A stretch of 64,000 nt of DNA from an uncultured Gammaproteobacteria bacterium. Lineage in GTDB: Bacteria > Pseudomonadota > Gammaproteobacteria > Poriferisulfidales > GCA-002705445. The stretch is from contig CAJXAV010000003.1 of assembly GCA_913050095.1 (NCBI GenBank), positions 577 through 64,576 on the forward strand, in the 5' to 3' direction. The notes beneath the pieces were generated by a model. That model was not told the origin of the DNA, ran no database searches, and saw only the letters and a list, made by a program, of their open reading frames with translations. Numbering within the stretch: position 1 is the stretch's first letter; every line of letters begins with the position of its first letter. A program made the position numbers and the translations under genes. This document shows positions 46,854-57,799 of this stretch, piece by piece.

Positions 46854-49800
46854 TTAAGCAAGTTTAAAAATGTCTTGAAGCTTATAAACATCTAGATTTT
46901 TACTATAAGATATAGCCCCTACTAATGCATTAGCACCAGCAACAGTAGTTGTGTAACAAACCTTGTATTGCAAAGCTTCTCTTCTAATTAGATATGAGTC
47001 TTTTATAGCTTGCTTAGATTGAGTAGTATTTATAATTAAATTGATTTCATTATTTTTAATCATGTCGACTATATGTGTTCTTCCTTCCCTTACTTTATTT
47101 ACTCTTTCGCAATCGATATTATTATTATTTAAAAAACTTTGTGTGCCATTTGTTGCTACTAAGTTAAAACCAAGTTTTAAAAGTTTTTTTGCAACTTCTA
47201 TAATATATTTTTTATCTTCATCTTTCACACTTATGAAAGCTGAACCATTTTCTGGAATTTCCACATTAGTTGCAATTTGTGATTTAGCGAACGCCTCACC
47301 GAAATTTTTCCCAATACCCATAACTTCTCCCGTAGATTTCATCTCAGGTCCTAATATGGGGTCAACGCCTGGGAATTTCAAAAAAGGGAATACAACTTCT
47401 TTAACATAGCAAAAATCATGTTTAACTTCGTTTGGAAGTTTTTGTTCTTTTATACTGATTCCAAGCATGCATTTTGCAGCTATTTTTGCCACTGATATTC
47501 CTATTGATTTTGAAACAAATGGTATAGTTCTTGACGCTCTAGGATTAACTTCTATAACAAATATTTTATTATCTTTTATTGCAAATTGGACGTTCATCAA
47601 ACCTTTTACATCTAACTCATTTGCCATTTTTATTGTATTTTGTTTTATTGAATCAATTTGCGATTCGTTAATTGAGTAAGTTGGTATCGCGCATGCCGAG
47701 TCTCCAGAATGTACGCCAGCTTCTTCAATATGTTGCATTATTCCTGCTATAAAAACATTTCCCTCAAGATCTCTAACCGCATCAACATCTATCTCAATAG
47801 CTTCATTTAAAAATTTATCAATTAAAACAGGTGCATCATTAGATACTTTTACTGCTTCGTTAATATATTTCTCAAGTTCCTCAGAATCATATATTACTTC
47901 CATAGCTCTTCCACCTAATACATAAGAAGGCCTAACAATAATAGGGTATCCTATTTTTTCTGCTTCTTGAATTGCTTGTTTTTTATTTCTCGCAGTGCTA
48001 TTTGCAGGTTGCAGAACATTAATTTTTTTCAGAATATCTTTAAATTTTTCTCTATCTTCAGCAGCGTCAATAGATTTCGATGAGGTGCCGATGACAGGCA
48101 CGCCAAATTTTGCCAAATCATTAACTAATTTTAAAGGAGTTTGTCCTCCATACTGAACAATCACTCCATCAGGCTGTTCAATTTCAACAATATTCAAAAC
48201 ACTTTCAAGTGTTATTGGTTCAAAGTAAAGTCGGTCAGACGTGTCATAGTCAGTTGATACAGTTTCTGGATTACAGTTTATCATTATTGTTTCATAACCG
48301 AGTTCTTGAGCAGCTTTTGAAGCATGAACGCAACAGTAATCAAATTCTATCCCTTGCCCAATTCTATTGGGGCCGCTACCAATGACAATTATTTTTTTAT
48401 TTTTTGTTGGTAGAGACTCGCAATATTTTTCGTATGTTGAATATAGATACGAAGTTGAAGTTGGAAATTCTGCAGCGCAAGTATCAACTCTTTTGTAAAC
48501 AGGTCTTATGCTGTTATCTTCTCTTTTTTTTCTAATATCATGTTGGCTAACATCTATTAAATTTGCAATTTTAATATCTGAGAAACCTTTTTTCTTATAA
48601 AACAAAAGCTCATCATATGTAATATTGTTTATCTTTTTTAAAGATATCTCTTTTTCTATTTCAACCAAATGTAATATCTGCTCTAAAAACCAAGGATCTA
48701 TACTAGATATTTCATGAACCTTTTCAACTGAATATCCTTTTCTGAATGCTTTAGCAACAAACAAAATTCTACTAGGACCTGGTTCTTTTAACTCATACTC
48801 GAAATTAAAATCATCTAAATAATTGAAATCCTCAATCTCATCAAGACCATATATATCTAATTCTAAACTTGATAATGCTTTTTGAAGAGATTCTTGAAAA
48901 TTTCTCCCGATAGACATTACTTCACCAACAGATTTCATTTGTGTTGTTAATCTATCGTTTGCGTTAGGAAACTTTTCAAAGGCAAATCTCGGTATTTTTG
49001 TGACTACATAATCTATAGTTGGCTCAAATGAAGCTGGAGTTGCTCCACCTGTTATTTCATTTTTTAATTCGTCTAAAGAATATCCAATTGCTAGTTTCGC
49101 AGCTATTTTTGCTATTGGAAAGCCTGTTGCTTTTGAAGCTAATGCGGAAGACCTTGAGACTCTTGGATTCATTTCAATAACAACTAGCTTTCCATTGTCA
49201 GGATTAACTGCAAACTGAACATTTGATCCTCCTGTGTCTACACCTATCTTCCTTAAGATTGCTATAGAAGCATTTCTCATTATTTGATATTCCTTGTCAG
49301 TTAATGTTTGCGCTGGAGCAACTGTTATAGAATCTCCTGTGTGAACACCCATTGGGTCAAAATTTTCAATCGAGCATATAATTATACAATTATCATTTGA
49401 ATCTCTTACTACTTCCATTTCATATTCTTTCCAGCCAAGTAATGATTCCTCCAAAAGGATTTCTGTTGTTGGCGAAATATCTAAACCTCTTGTTGAAATT
49501 TCTATAAATTCTTCCAAATTATAAGCTATGCCACCCCCGCTTCCTCCTAATGTAAAGGAAGGCCTAATAATTACGGGAAAACCTATTTGCTTTTGTTTTT
49601 CTAGCGCTTCATTTATGTTGTGAACTATATATGATTTTGCTGAATCTAATCCAATCTCTTTCATGGCATCTTTAAATTGAGATCTATCTTCTGCCAGATC
49701 AATTGCCTCTTTAGAAGCGCCAATCATTTCGACATTATATTTTTTTAGAATACCCAACCTATCTAAATCTAATGCACAATTTAATGCCGTTTGCCCGCCC

Positions 49801-50069
49801 ATTGTTGGTAAAATTGCATCGGGTTTTTCTATTTTTATAATTTTTTCAACTATATTATGATTTATAGGCTCAATATAAGTTGCGTCAGCCATCTCCGGAT
49901 CAGTCATAATAGTTGCAACATTCGAATTTACTAAAACAACAGAATAACCCTCTTCTTTTAAAGCTTTACAGGCCTGTACTCCTGAATAATCAAACTCACA
50001 TGCTTGGCCAATAACAATTGGACCAGCTCCTAGTATCAAAATCTTTTTTATATCACTTCTTTTTGGCAT
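46854..50069 (-). CDS. carB: Carbamoyl-phosphate synthase large subunit
   Basis: 1071 aa with duplicated ATP-grasp domains and the MGS-like domain. Confidence 0.95.
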   Translation of the reverse strand: MPKRSDIKKILILGAGPIVIGQACEFDYSGVQACKALKEEGYSVVLVNSNVATIMTDPEMADATYIEPINHNIVEKIIKIEKPDAILPTMGGQTALNCALDLDRLGILKKYNVEMIGASKEAIDLAEDRSQFKDAMKEIGLDSAKSYIVHNINEALEKQKQIGFPVIIRPSFTLGGSGGGIAYNLEEFIEISTRGLDISPTTEILLEESLLGWKEYEMEVVRDSNDNCIIICSIENFDPMGVHTGDSITVAPAQTLTDKEYQIMRNASIAILRKIGVDTGGSNVQFAVNPDNGKLVVIEMNPRVSRSSALASKATGFPIAKIAAKLAIGYSLDELKNEITGGATPASFEPTIDYVVTKIPRFAFEKFPNANDRLTTQMKSVGEVMSIGRNFQESLQKALSSLELDIYGLDEIEDFNYLDDFNFEYELKEPGPSRILFVAKAFRKGYSVEKVHEISSIDPWFLEQILHLVEIEKEISLKKINNITYDELLFYKKKGFSDIKIANLIDVSQHDIRKKREDNSIRPVYKRVDTCAAEFPTSTSYLYSTYEKYCESLPTKNKKIIVIGSGPNRIGQGIEFDYCCVHASKAAQELGYETIMINCNPETVSTDYDTSDRLYFEPITLESVLNIVEIEQPDGVIVQYGGQTPLKLVNDLAKFGVPVIGTSSKSIDAAEDREKFKDILKKINVLQPANSTARNKKQAIQEAEKIGYPIIVRPSYVLGGRAMEVIYDSEELEKYINEAVKVSNDAPVLIDKFLNEAIEIDVDAVRDLEGNVFIAGIMQHIEEAGVHSGDSACAIPTYSINESQIDSIKQNTIKMANELDVKGLMNVQFAIKDNKIFVIEVNPRASRTIPFVSKSIGISVAKIAAKCMLGISIKEQKLPNEVKHDFCYVKEVVFPFLKFPGVDPILGPEMKSTGEVMGIGKNFGEAFAKSQIATNVEIPENGSAFISVKDEDKKYIIEVAKKLLKLGFNLVATNGTQSFLNNNNIDCERVNKVREGRTHIVDMIKNNEINLIINTTQSKQAIKDSYLIRREALQYKVCYTTTVAGANALVGAISYSKNLDVYKLQDIFKLA

Positions 50070-51186
50070 TTGTACTTTTTTTCATTGAGTTAATAAAATC
50101 TTTAAACAAGTAGTTGATGTCTTGTGGCCCCGGGCATGCTTCAGGGTGCCCCTGAAAACTAAATATTGGTAATTTTTTATGTCTAATTCCTTGAATAGTT
50201 TCATCAAATAATGATCTATGTGTTACCTCGAATGTGTTTGGCAATGTCGCTTCATCGACAACAAATCCATGGTTTTGACTTGTTATCATTACCTTTCCTG
50301 TTTTTATATCTAAAACCGGGTGGTTTGCACCATGGTGACCATATTTCATTTTTTTTGTTTTCGCGCCAGAAGCTAAAGAAACTAGTTGGTGTCCCAAACA
50401 TATACCAAAAATTGGTATATTGTATTCAAAAAATTCTCTGATGGATTGAATAGCAAATTCACATGGTTCAGGGTCGCCGGGACCATTAGACAAAAAGATG
50501 CCGTCTGGCTTTAAAGATAATATCTCTTTAGTTGGTGTTTTTGCAGGTACCACCTGTACTTCGCAATTCATAGAGTTTAAAATTCGTAAAATGTTCTTTT
50601 TAACACCAAAATCAAATGCAATAACCTTTAATTTTTTATCTTCCTGAATGTTGTCATGATTAAATTGAAAAATTTTTTCATCAAATAAATATTTTTCTTT
50701 AGCGGAAACTTCTGTCGCGAGTTCTGACCCTTCGATACCTTTATAACTTTCTAATTCTTTTTTTGCTTTTTCAATATTTTTTTCATCATGAATAATACAC
50801 GCATTCATAGCCCCTTTACTTCTTATCAAAGATGCTATGTGTCTTGTATCTAATTCTGCAATACAAACTATTTTTTTGTTTTTTAAATAATCTACAAAAT
50901 CTAATTCGGATCTCCAGTTAGAAGGTTTTGTTGGTAACTCACTTAGTACAAGACCGCTTACGTATGAAGCATTTGATTCTTGATCCTCATAATTAATTCC
51001 TACATTTCCAATGTGTGGGTACGTAAATGTTATAATTTGGTTTTTATATGAAGGATCAGAAATGACTTCTTGATAACCAGTCATCGCAGTATTAAAAACT
51101 ATTTCACCAAAAGAATCTGCTTTATATCCTACTGACTTACCGTAAAAGATTTTTTCATTTTCTAAGATTAATATTGCTTGTTGCAA
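50053..51186 (-). CDS. carA: Carbamoyl-phosphate synthase small subunit
   Basis: 377 aa with a class I GATase domain (catalytic Cys in GICLGHQ). Confidence 0.95.
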   Translation of the reverse strand: MQQAILILENEKIFYGKSVGYKADSFGEIVFNTAMTGYQEVISDPSYKNQIITFTYPHIGNVGINYEDQESNASYVSGLVLSELPTKPSNWRSELDFVDYLKNKKIVCIAELDTRHIASLIRSKGAMNACIIHDEKNIEKAKKELESYKGIEGSELATEVSAKEKYLFDEKIFQFNHDNIQEDKKLKVIAFDFGVKKNILRILNSMNCEVQVVPAKTPTKEILSLKPDGIFLSNGPGDPEPCEFAIQSIREFFEYNIPIFGICLGHQLVSLASGAKTKKMKYGHHGANHPVLDIKTGKVMITSQNHGFVVDEATLPNTFEVTHRSLFDETIQGIRHKKLPIFSFQGHPEACPGPQDINYLFKDFINSMKKSTNAKKK

Positions 51187-51225
51187 AAGTATTTCCTATT
51201 CTCATTTTATTATATTTACGCAGCT

Positions 51226-51960
51226 CTATAAAGAAAGTGCGTCACTCATTGTATATAAACCTTTATCTTTATCCGAGAGCCATTTCAATGCTAATACTGC
51301 ACCCTCTGCAAAAATTTTTCTATCAAAGCTTTTGTGATTAATTTCAATAGATTCATTATCTAGTGTAAATTTAACCATATGATCACCCACAACATTTCCA
51401 ACTCGTAAACAATGATGATTGATGTCTTTTTTCGAGGTCATGTTATTTTTTATAGCATCCTCAAATGCTAAAGATGTTCCTGATGGCATATCTACTTTGT
51501 GTTTATGATGGTGTTCTATTATATCTATATCAGAAACATTTCCAATTGATGATGAAACTTTTTCCACAAGTTTTAAACATAAATTTATACCAATACTCAT
51601 ATTAGAGGCCTTGAGAATACTTATTTTCTTACTGGCTGAATGAATTTTTGAAATTTGATCTTCTGAAAATCCAGTTGTTCCAATAACTAATTTTTTATTT
51701 TGTTTAACGCATTCATTAAGTATATCCATACAATATGCAGGTCTTGTAAAATCAACACAGACATCACACCTAGAAATTGCTTCATTCAAATCAGAGGTAA
51801 TTATTTCTTTATCTATATTTGGATTAGATTTATTTAACTTAGACAAATCTCTAGCAATACCTGAAGATAGTCTTATATTAGTATTATCTAATAGGACTAA
51901 CCTTGCTATCTCCATTCCCATTTTTCCTGTAATTCCAGGTACGCAGACGCTAATAGACAT
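51226..51960 (-). CDS. dapB: 4-hydroxy-tetrahydrodipicolinate reductase
   Basis: 244 aa with an N-terminal Rossmann GxxGxxG (VPGITGKMG). dapB-carA-carB adjacency as in E. coli and Pseudomonas. Confidence 0.8.
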   Translation of the reverse strand: MSISVCVPGITGKMGMEIARLVLLDNTNIRLSSGIARDLSKLNKSNPNIDKEIITSDLNEAISRCDVCVDFTRPAYCMDILNECVKQNKKLVIGTTGFSEDQISKIHSASKKISILKASNMSIGINLCLKLVEKVSSSIGNVSDIDIIEHHHKHKVDMPSGTSLAFEDAIKNNMTSKKDINHHCLRVGNVVGDHMVKFTLDNESIEINHKSFDRKIFAEGAVLALKWLSDKDKGLYTMSDALSL

Positions 51961-52030
51961 TGTATTTTTTATGATTATTAAAATTACATTATATTAACAT
52001 AGACTTTGAAAAGGACTAAAAGAAAAATTT

Positions 52031-53137
52031 CTATTTGAAGAAATTTTTTAGTCCATCTATCCAAGATTCTGACTTTGGACTGTGTTTTTTCTTACTATTT
52101 TTTAATTTACTATCAAATTCCATTAATATATTTTTTTGTTCATCTGATAGATTTACAGGAGTCTCAATTTGTACTGAACACATTAGGTCTCCAATGTTTC
52201 CACCTCTTACAGACTTTATTCCTTTTCCTTTTAATCTAAAATATTTACCTGTTTGTGTTCCTGGAGGAATGTCGATTGAAACTTTTTTACTAGTTAAGGT
52301 TGGTATCTCAATTTCAGCGCCAAGAGTAGCTTCCGCAAATGATAATGGAACCTCGCAATAAATATTACTGCCATCTCTTTTAAAAATTGCGTGTTTGTAT
52401 AAATTTATTCTTATAAAAAGATCGCCTGGCGGCCCTTGATTTATACCAGCTTCACCTTTGCCTGCTAGCCTAACTCTGTCTCCGCTGTCAACGCCTGCTG
52501 GGACTGATACCGATATATCTTTATCGATATTTATAGCGCCACTTCCATAACATTTTGAACAAGGATCAGATATTACTTTTCCCTTGCCAGCACACGTAGG
52601 GCAGGTTTGTTGCACAGTAAAGAATCCTTGTTGAGCTCTAACTTGCCCGACTCCATTACACATACTACATGAGATTGGCTTAGAACCAGATTTTGCGCCG
52701 GAACCGTTACAACTATCACAAGTATCTTTAGTTCGAATTTTTAAATTTTTATCTACACCGAAAGCAGCTTCTTCAAGAGTAAGTTTTAATTCATACTCTA
52801 AATCAGCGCCTTTATATCTTTGAGCAGAATTCCTTGATTGGCCTCCGCCAAATATGTCTCCAAATATGTCTTCAAAAACATCTCCAAATCCTGAGGTATT
52901 AAAACCACCGCCAGGTCCGCCACCAAAGTCTGTAGTACCATATTGATCATACATTGATTTTTTTTGTGGGTCAGAAAGAACATCGTAAGCTTCTTTAGCT
53001 TCTTTAAATTTTTTTTCGGCCGATTTATCATTACCAGTACGATCAGGATGATATTTCATAGCTTTCTTTTTGAAAGCTTTTTTAATATCATTTCCTGACG
53101 CACTTTTATTGAGACCTAAAACCTCATAATAATCCAT
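52031..53137 (-). CDS. dnaJ: Chaperone DnaJ
   Basis: J domain with HPD, a G/F-rich region and four CxxCxGxG zinc-finger repeats. Confidence 0.95.
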   Translation of the reverse strand: MDYYEVLGLNKSASGNDIKKAFKKKAMKYHPDRTGNDKSAEKKFKEAKEAYDVLSDPQKKSMYDQYGTTDFGGGPGGGFNTSGFGDVFEDIFGDIFGGGQSRNSAQRYKGADLEYELKLTLEEAAFGVDKNLKIRTKDTCDSCNGSGAKSGSKPISCSMCNGVGQVRAQQGFFTVQQTCPTCAGKGKVISDPCSKCYGSGAINIDKDISVSVPAGVDSGDRVRLAGKGEAGINQGPPGDLFIRINLYKHAIFKRDGSNIYCEVPLSFAEATLGAEIEIPTLTSKKVSIDIPPGTQTGKYFRLKGKGIKSVRGGNIGDLMCSVQIETPVNLSDEQKNILMEFDSKLKNSKKKHSPKSESWIDGLKNFFK

Positions 53138-53159
53138 TTTTAATTAATACTGCCTTTAA

Positions 53160-55091
53160 TTATTTTTTGTCATCATTAACTTCTTTGTATTCTGCATCTA
53201 CAACATCTGATTCGTTAGCTGAATCAGCATTTGCTTCACCTTCAGGGGAACTTTCACTCTGTTGCGCCTTTGCAGCTTGCTCAGCATACATCATTTCAGC
53301 CATTTTTGCAGAAGCTTCAGAAAGTTCTTTTATTGAATTTTCAATTAAGTCTTTGTCTTCAGATTTCAAAGCTTCGACAAGCGCTTCATTCTTTTCTTTG
53401 ATATTTTTTTGATCATCTTCTGTAACTTTATCTCCAAGCTCTTCTAATGATTTATTTGTAGCATGAACTAGGGCGTCACCTTGATTTTTTAATGTTACAA
53501 GCTCTTGGAATTTTTTATCTTCTTCAGCATGTAGCTCGGCATCCTTAACCATTTTTTCTATTTCTTCATCTGACAAGCCGCTTGAAGACTTAATAATGAT
53601 TGATTGTTCTTTATTTGTCGCCTTATCTTTTGCAGAAACATTTAAAATTCCATTTGCATCAATATCAAATGTTACTTCAATTTGCGGCATACCTCTTGGT
53701 GCTGGAGGAATATCTGAAAGATTAAATTGCCCTAATGACTTATTTCCAGATGCCATATCTCTTTCTCCTTGAAGAACATGGACTGTAACGGCTGTTTGAT
53801 TATCTTCTGCAGTGGAAAATGTTTGGTTTTGTTTTGTTGGTATTGTTGAGTTTTTTTCGATGAGTTTAGTCATTACTCCACCCATAGTTTCTATTCCTAG
53901 AGAAAGCGGTGTTACATCTAATAACAATACATCTGTAACGTCACCTGCCAAAACTCCACCTTGTATCGCTGCGCCAGCAGCCACTGCTTCATCAGGGTTT
54001 ACATCTTTTCTTGGTTCTTTTTCAAAATATTCTTTTACAATTTTTTGAACTAAAGGCATTCTTGTTTGGCCACCAACTAAAATAACATCGTTTATGTCAC
54101 TTTTTGATAGCTTCGCATCTTTAAGGGCTATCTCACAAGGCTTTAGAGTTCTTTTAACCAAATCTTCGACCATAGATTCAAATAAAGCTCTAGTAATTTT
54201 AATATTTAAATGTTTCGGGCCACTTGCATCAGCTGTTATATATGGAATATTTATATCAGCTTGCTGTCCATTTGATAATTCTATTTTTGCCTTCTCGGCG
54301 GCATCTTTTAATCTTTGCAATGCTAACGGATCTGATCTTAAATCAAAACTTTGTTCTTTTTTGAATTCTTCAACAATATGATCTATTAATTTTGAATCAA
54401 AGTCCTCACCACCAAGCTGAGTGTCACCATTAGTTGACAATACTTCAATTTGATTTTCACCATCAATATCTGATATATCAATAATAGAGACGTCAAATGT
54501 TCCGCCACCAAGATCATAAACAGCTATTTTTTTATCGCCCTTCTTTTGATCAAGTCCGTAAGCAACTGCTGCTGCTGTTGGCTCATTGATTATTCTTTGA
54601 ACATTTAGTCCGGCAATTTTCCCAGCATCCTTAGTAGCTTGTCTTTGAGAATCATTGAAATAAGCAGGAACTGTAATTACAGCATCTGTTACCTCAGTAC
54701 CTAAATACTCTTCAGCAGTTTTTTTCATTTTCATTAAAACTTTTGCAGATATTTCTGGCAAAGCCATTTTCTTATCATCGATTTTTATCCATACATCCCC
54801 ATTATCTGCCTCAACAATATTATAAGGAAGAATAGATTTATCTTTTTGCACCTCTTTGTCAGCAAACTTTCTACCAATAAATCTTTTAACGGCGTAAACA
54901 GTTTTCTCAGGATTTGTTACTGATTGTCTTTTTGCAGACTGACCCACAAGAGTTTCTGCATCTGTAAAAGCGACAACAGAAGGTGTAGTTCTATCACCTT
55001 CACTGTTTTCAATAATTTTAGGTCGATCGCCTTCCATTACTGAAACGCATGAATTTGTTGTGCCTAAGTCTATACCTATAATTTTTCCCAT
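53160..55091 (-). CDS. dnaK: Chaperone DnaK (Hsp70)
   Basis: 643 aa with the Hsp70 signatures IDLGTTNS and DLGGGTFD. Confidence 0.97.
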   Translation of the reverse strand: MGKIIGIDLGTTNSCVSVMEGDRPKIIENSEGDRTTPSVVAFTDAETLVGQSAKRQSVTNPEKTVYAVKRFIGRKFADKEVQKDKSILPYNIVEADNGDVWIKIDDKKMALPEISAKVLMKMKKTAEEYLGTEVTDAVITVPAYFNDSQRQATKDAGKIAGLNVQRIINEPTAAAVAYGLDQKKGDKKIAVYDLGGGTFDVSIIDISDIDGENQIEVLSTNGDTQLGGEDFDSKLIDHIVEEFKKEQSFDLRSDPLALQRLKDAAEKAKIELSNGQQADINIPYITADASGPKHLNIKITRALFESMVEDLVKRTLKPCEIALKDAKLSKSDINDVILVGGQTRMPLVQKIVKEYFEKEPRKDVNPDEAVAAGAAIQGGVLAGDVTDVLLLDVTPLSLGIETMGGVMTKLIEKNSTIPTKQNQTFSTAEDNQTAVTVHVLQGERDMASGNKSLGQFNLSDIPPAPRGMPQIEVTFDIDANGILNVSAKDKATNKEQSIIIKSSSGLSDEEIEKMVKDAELHAEEDKKFQELVTLKNQGDALVHATNKSLEELGDKVTEDDQKNIKEKNEALVEALKSEDKDLIENSIKELSEASAKMAEMMYAEQAAKAQQSESSPEGEANADSANESDVVDAEYKEVNDDKK

Positions 55092-55131
55092 TTTTAACCT
55101 CTGTAATATGTTTAAATCATCATTAAATTAT

Positions 55132-55159
55132 ATATATGGACAAAATCTAATAATTCAAG
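55132..55159 (-). promoter_or_regulatory. Sigma-32-type heat-shock promoter upstream of dnaK
   Basis: Minus strand reads CTTGAA-N14-CCATATAT, about 40 nt upstream of the dnaK ATG. This matches the CTTGAAA-N13-15-CCCCATNT consensus. Confidence 0.55.
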
Positions 55160-55162
55160 GAA

Positions 55163-55738
55163 TTATTGACTTTTTTTTGAAACAATTACTAAAGCTGGAC
55201 GTAAAAGTTTTGATTTTAGCTTATAACCTTTTTGCATTACCTCAATAACAGTATTTTCTAGTGATTCTGATTCCTTTGTAGCTAAAGCCTGGTGAAAATC
55301 AGGGTTAAAAGATTCATTAATTGGATTTATTTCTTCAATATTGAGCTTATCAAATATTTCTTGAGTAGTTTTTAACAATAAATTGTTACCTTCCACAAGG
55401 CTTTCTACTTTTAAATTGGGTTCACCAGATATCTTTTCGGCTGCTTCTAGGCTATCCATAATAACCAGCAATTCAGATGATAGTTTTTCAGTTGAATATA
55501 ATTGGGCTTGCTGAATCTCTTTTGCGGTTCTTTTTTTATAATTATCAAGCTCGGCTACTGACCTTAAAAGCATATCGTTAAGTTTTGTTATTTCTTCTTC
55601 AGGAGAAATTTTTTCATTTTTTGTACTATCTTCATTATTATTTTCTTTGATTTCTAAATCTTCTTCACTGGAATTAACTTCATTATTTTCCTGAGAATTA
55701 TTATCTTTTTCAGATACATCATTTTTTTCTTTTTTCAT
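55163..55738 (-). CDS. grpE: Nucleotide exchange factor GrpE
   Basis: 191 aa with an acidic N-terminus and the GrpE coiled-coil and C-terminal domain. Confidence 0.9.
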   Translation of the reverse strand: MKKEKNDVSEKDNNSQENNEVNSSEEDLEIKENNNEDSTKNEKISPEEEITKLNDMLLRSVAELDNYKKRTAKEIQQAQLYSTEKLSSELLVIMDSLEAAEKISGEPNLKVESLVEGNNLLLKTTQEIFDKLNIEEINPINESFNPDFHQALATKESESLENTVIEVMQKGYKLKSKLLRPALVIVSKKSQ

Positions 55739-55769
55739 TTGAATCCTAAGTAAATTTATAGACAGTTTG

Positions 55770-55798
55770 TATATATGGTTTAATCTGGATATTTCAAG
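55770..55798 (-). promoter_or_regulatory. Sigma-32-type heat-shock promoter upstream of grpE, overlapping the hrcA 3' end
   Basis: Minus strand reads CTTGAAA-N13-CCATATATA, 31 nt upstream of the grpE ATG. It is nearly identical to the dnaK promoter element. Confidence 0.55.
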
Positions 55799-56823
55799 GC
55801 TTCAGTTAATAATTTTGCTGTTATATCAACAATTGGTATAACCCTGTCGTAAGCCATTCTTTTGGGGCCAATAACACCTAATACTCCAACAACATCATTA
55901 TCAAATTTATATGGAGCACTAACGACGCTACAGTCGTCTAAAACATTATAGCCTGATTCTGCGCCAATAAATATTTTTACACCGTTTGAAGAGATGCTTT
56001 TATCTAACAAATGTAAAATATTATTTTTTTCACTAAAAGCTTCAAATAAAGTTTTTAATTTTTCAATGTCAGATAATTCTTTACAATTCATCAATCTAGT
56101 TTGACCACTAACAAGCAAATCATCATTTTTCTGTGTTTCATTAGAATCTAAAAAAAGTTTTTTACCAAATGTTATTGCAGAAGACATAATATTATTCATA
56201 TCTTTCCTCATGTCATCAAGCTCATTTAATAATATTTTTCTAATATGATGAATAGATTGACCAGATATAATAGTATTTAAATAATTTGCAGCCTCCTGTA
56301 ATTCGGATGATGAATAATTTTTATCTAAATTAATAATTTTGTTTTCAACATCATTATTTTTATTTATTAATATGGCTAAAATTTTATTATCACTTAAAGT
56401 TAAAAAGTCTATTTGCTTTAATTCCATATTCTTTTGGGTTGGAAGTGAAATTAAACCAGTTAAACCAGTAATATTTGACAAGATCTCGTTCGTATTTTTT
56501 ACCATGTTTTTTCTTTCTACATCTTGATTGAGATTTAACTTCAGTTTTTTTATCAAATGATTATTTACTGGCTGGACTTTAATCATTTTATCTACAAACA
56601 TTCGATATGCTAATTCTGTTGGCACTCTTCCTGCAGATTTGTGCGGAGAATAAATATAGCCCAAGTCTTCCAAATCAACAAAAACATTTCTGATTGTGGC
56701 AGAGCTCACACCTATATCTGATGCTTTTGAAAGCTTAGTTGATCCTACAGGCTGGCCATCAGAAATAAAGCTCTCAACTAAAGCTTTTAAAAGTAACTCT
56801 TGTCTTTTGCTTAAACTTTCCAT
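55780..56823 (-). CDS. hrcA: Heat-inducible transcription repressor HrcA
   Basis: 347 aa with an N-terminal winged-helix domain and the HrcA C-terminal domain. No CIRCE element found nearby. Confidence 0.85.
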   Translation of the reverse strand: MESLSKRQELLLKALVESFISDGQPVGSTKLSKASDIGVSSATIRNVFVDLEDLGYIYSPHKSAGRVPTELAYRMFVDKMIKVQPVNNHLIKKLKLNLNQDVERKNMVKNTNEILSNITGLTGLISLPTQKNMELKQIDFLTLSDNKILAILINKNNDVENKIINLDKNYSSSELQEAANYLNTIISGQSIHHIRKILLNELDDMRKDMNNIMSSAITFGKKLFLDSNETQKNDDLLVSGQTRLMNCKELSDIEKLKTLFEAFSEKNNILHLLDKSISSNGVKIFIGAESGYNVLDDCSVVSAPYKFDNDVVGVLGVIGPKRMAYDRVIPIVDITAKLLTEALKYPD

Positions 56824-56926
56824 AAATATTTAAATTTATAACTTTTATTTGTAATAATATAATATTATGAAATATATTATAATACTTATATTATGATGAT
56901 ATAAGTACAAAGGGGGACTTATTTCA

Positions 56927-57790
56927 ATGTTTAAAAATATAGCGATTATCTCAAAAATTGATGATAACAGTGTAAAAGATAGTCTTAGTACAGTTATTAA
57001 TTATTTAGATTCTAAAAAGGTAAACTATTTTTTAGATGAAAACTCATGCTTTTTGCTCAATAATAAAGCAGCAACTTCATTAGAAGACATTAAAAAAAAG
57101 TGCGATATAGCCTTTATAATTGGTGGAGATGGCACATTGTTAAGGTCAGCTCAATATTTATCAAAATCAAATATTCCAATATGTGGGATTAATAGAGGAA
57201 GATTAGGTTTTTTAGTAGATATCTCTCCAGACCATATAGAAAAAAATCTTGAAAGTATTCTTTCTGATAACTACTCTGTAGACGAGCGTATTTCTCTAGT
57301 TGGAACGGTTATAAGGGATGGGAAAGAAATATCAAAAAATATTTCATTCAATGATGTTGTCATACATAGTAAGGATGCAGTAAGAATGATAGAAATGGAC
57401 ACATTGCTTAACGGTGAAAATCTTTACACAGTCAATGCGGATGGCCTGGTAATATCAACACCAACTGGCTCTACTGCATATTCTTTATCAAGTGGCGGAC
57501 CAATAATACAACCAAACATGGAAGCCTTACTAATTGTTCCAATATGCCCACATCTTTTAAGCAATAGACCAATAGTTATAGGAATGGACAGCAAAATTGA
57601 AGTTAAAATCTCAGAAAAATCACATACGAATGCAAGTGTTACGTTCGATGGTCAAATAAATGTTCCAATACAAGCAAATGATGTAATAAAAATTACAAAA
57701 GGAGAAACTGTCCTAAAGTTAATACAGCCGCCGGGCATAAATTTCTTATCAATATTAAGAGAAAAACTAGGATGGGGACTAAAACCATAG
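56927..57790 (+). CDS. nadK: NAD kinase
   Basis: 287 aa with the GGDGT motif (IGGDGTLL) and NE/D motif. A strong SD, AAGGGGG, lies upstream. Confidence 0.9.
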   Translation: MFKNIAIISKIDDNSVKDSLSTVINYLDSKKVNYFLDENSCFLLNNKAATSLEDIKKKCDIAFIIGGDGTLLRSAQYLSKSNIPICGINRGRLGFLVDISPDHIEKNLESILSDNYSVDERISLVGTVIRDGKEISKNISFNDVVIHSKDAVRMIEMDTLLNGENLYTVNADGLVISTPTGSTAYSLSSGGPIIQPNMEALLIVPICPHLLSNRPIVIGMDSKIEVKISEKSHTNASVTFDGQINVPIQANDVIKITKGETVLKLIQPPGINFLSILREKLGWGLKP

Positions 57791-57799
57791 TTGTAATAT

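Noticed and set aside
52798-53031. 77 aa minus-strand ORF nested in dnaJ
   Set aside because: It is an alternative frame inside a strongly supported dnaJ gene.
55739-56926. CIRCE (HrcA operator TTAGCACTC-N9-GAGTGCTAA) expected near hrcA, grpE or dnaK
   Set aside because: No match was seen in any of the three upstream regions. Sigma-32-like promoters are present instead.
57708-57727. CTGT-N12-ACAG palindrome near the nadK 3' end, considered as a LexA/SOS box for recN
   Set aside because: Gammaproteobacterial LexA boxes are CTGT-N8-ACAG. This spacing is 12 nt, and the site lies inside nadK coding sequence.
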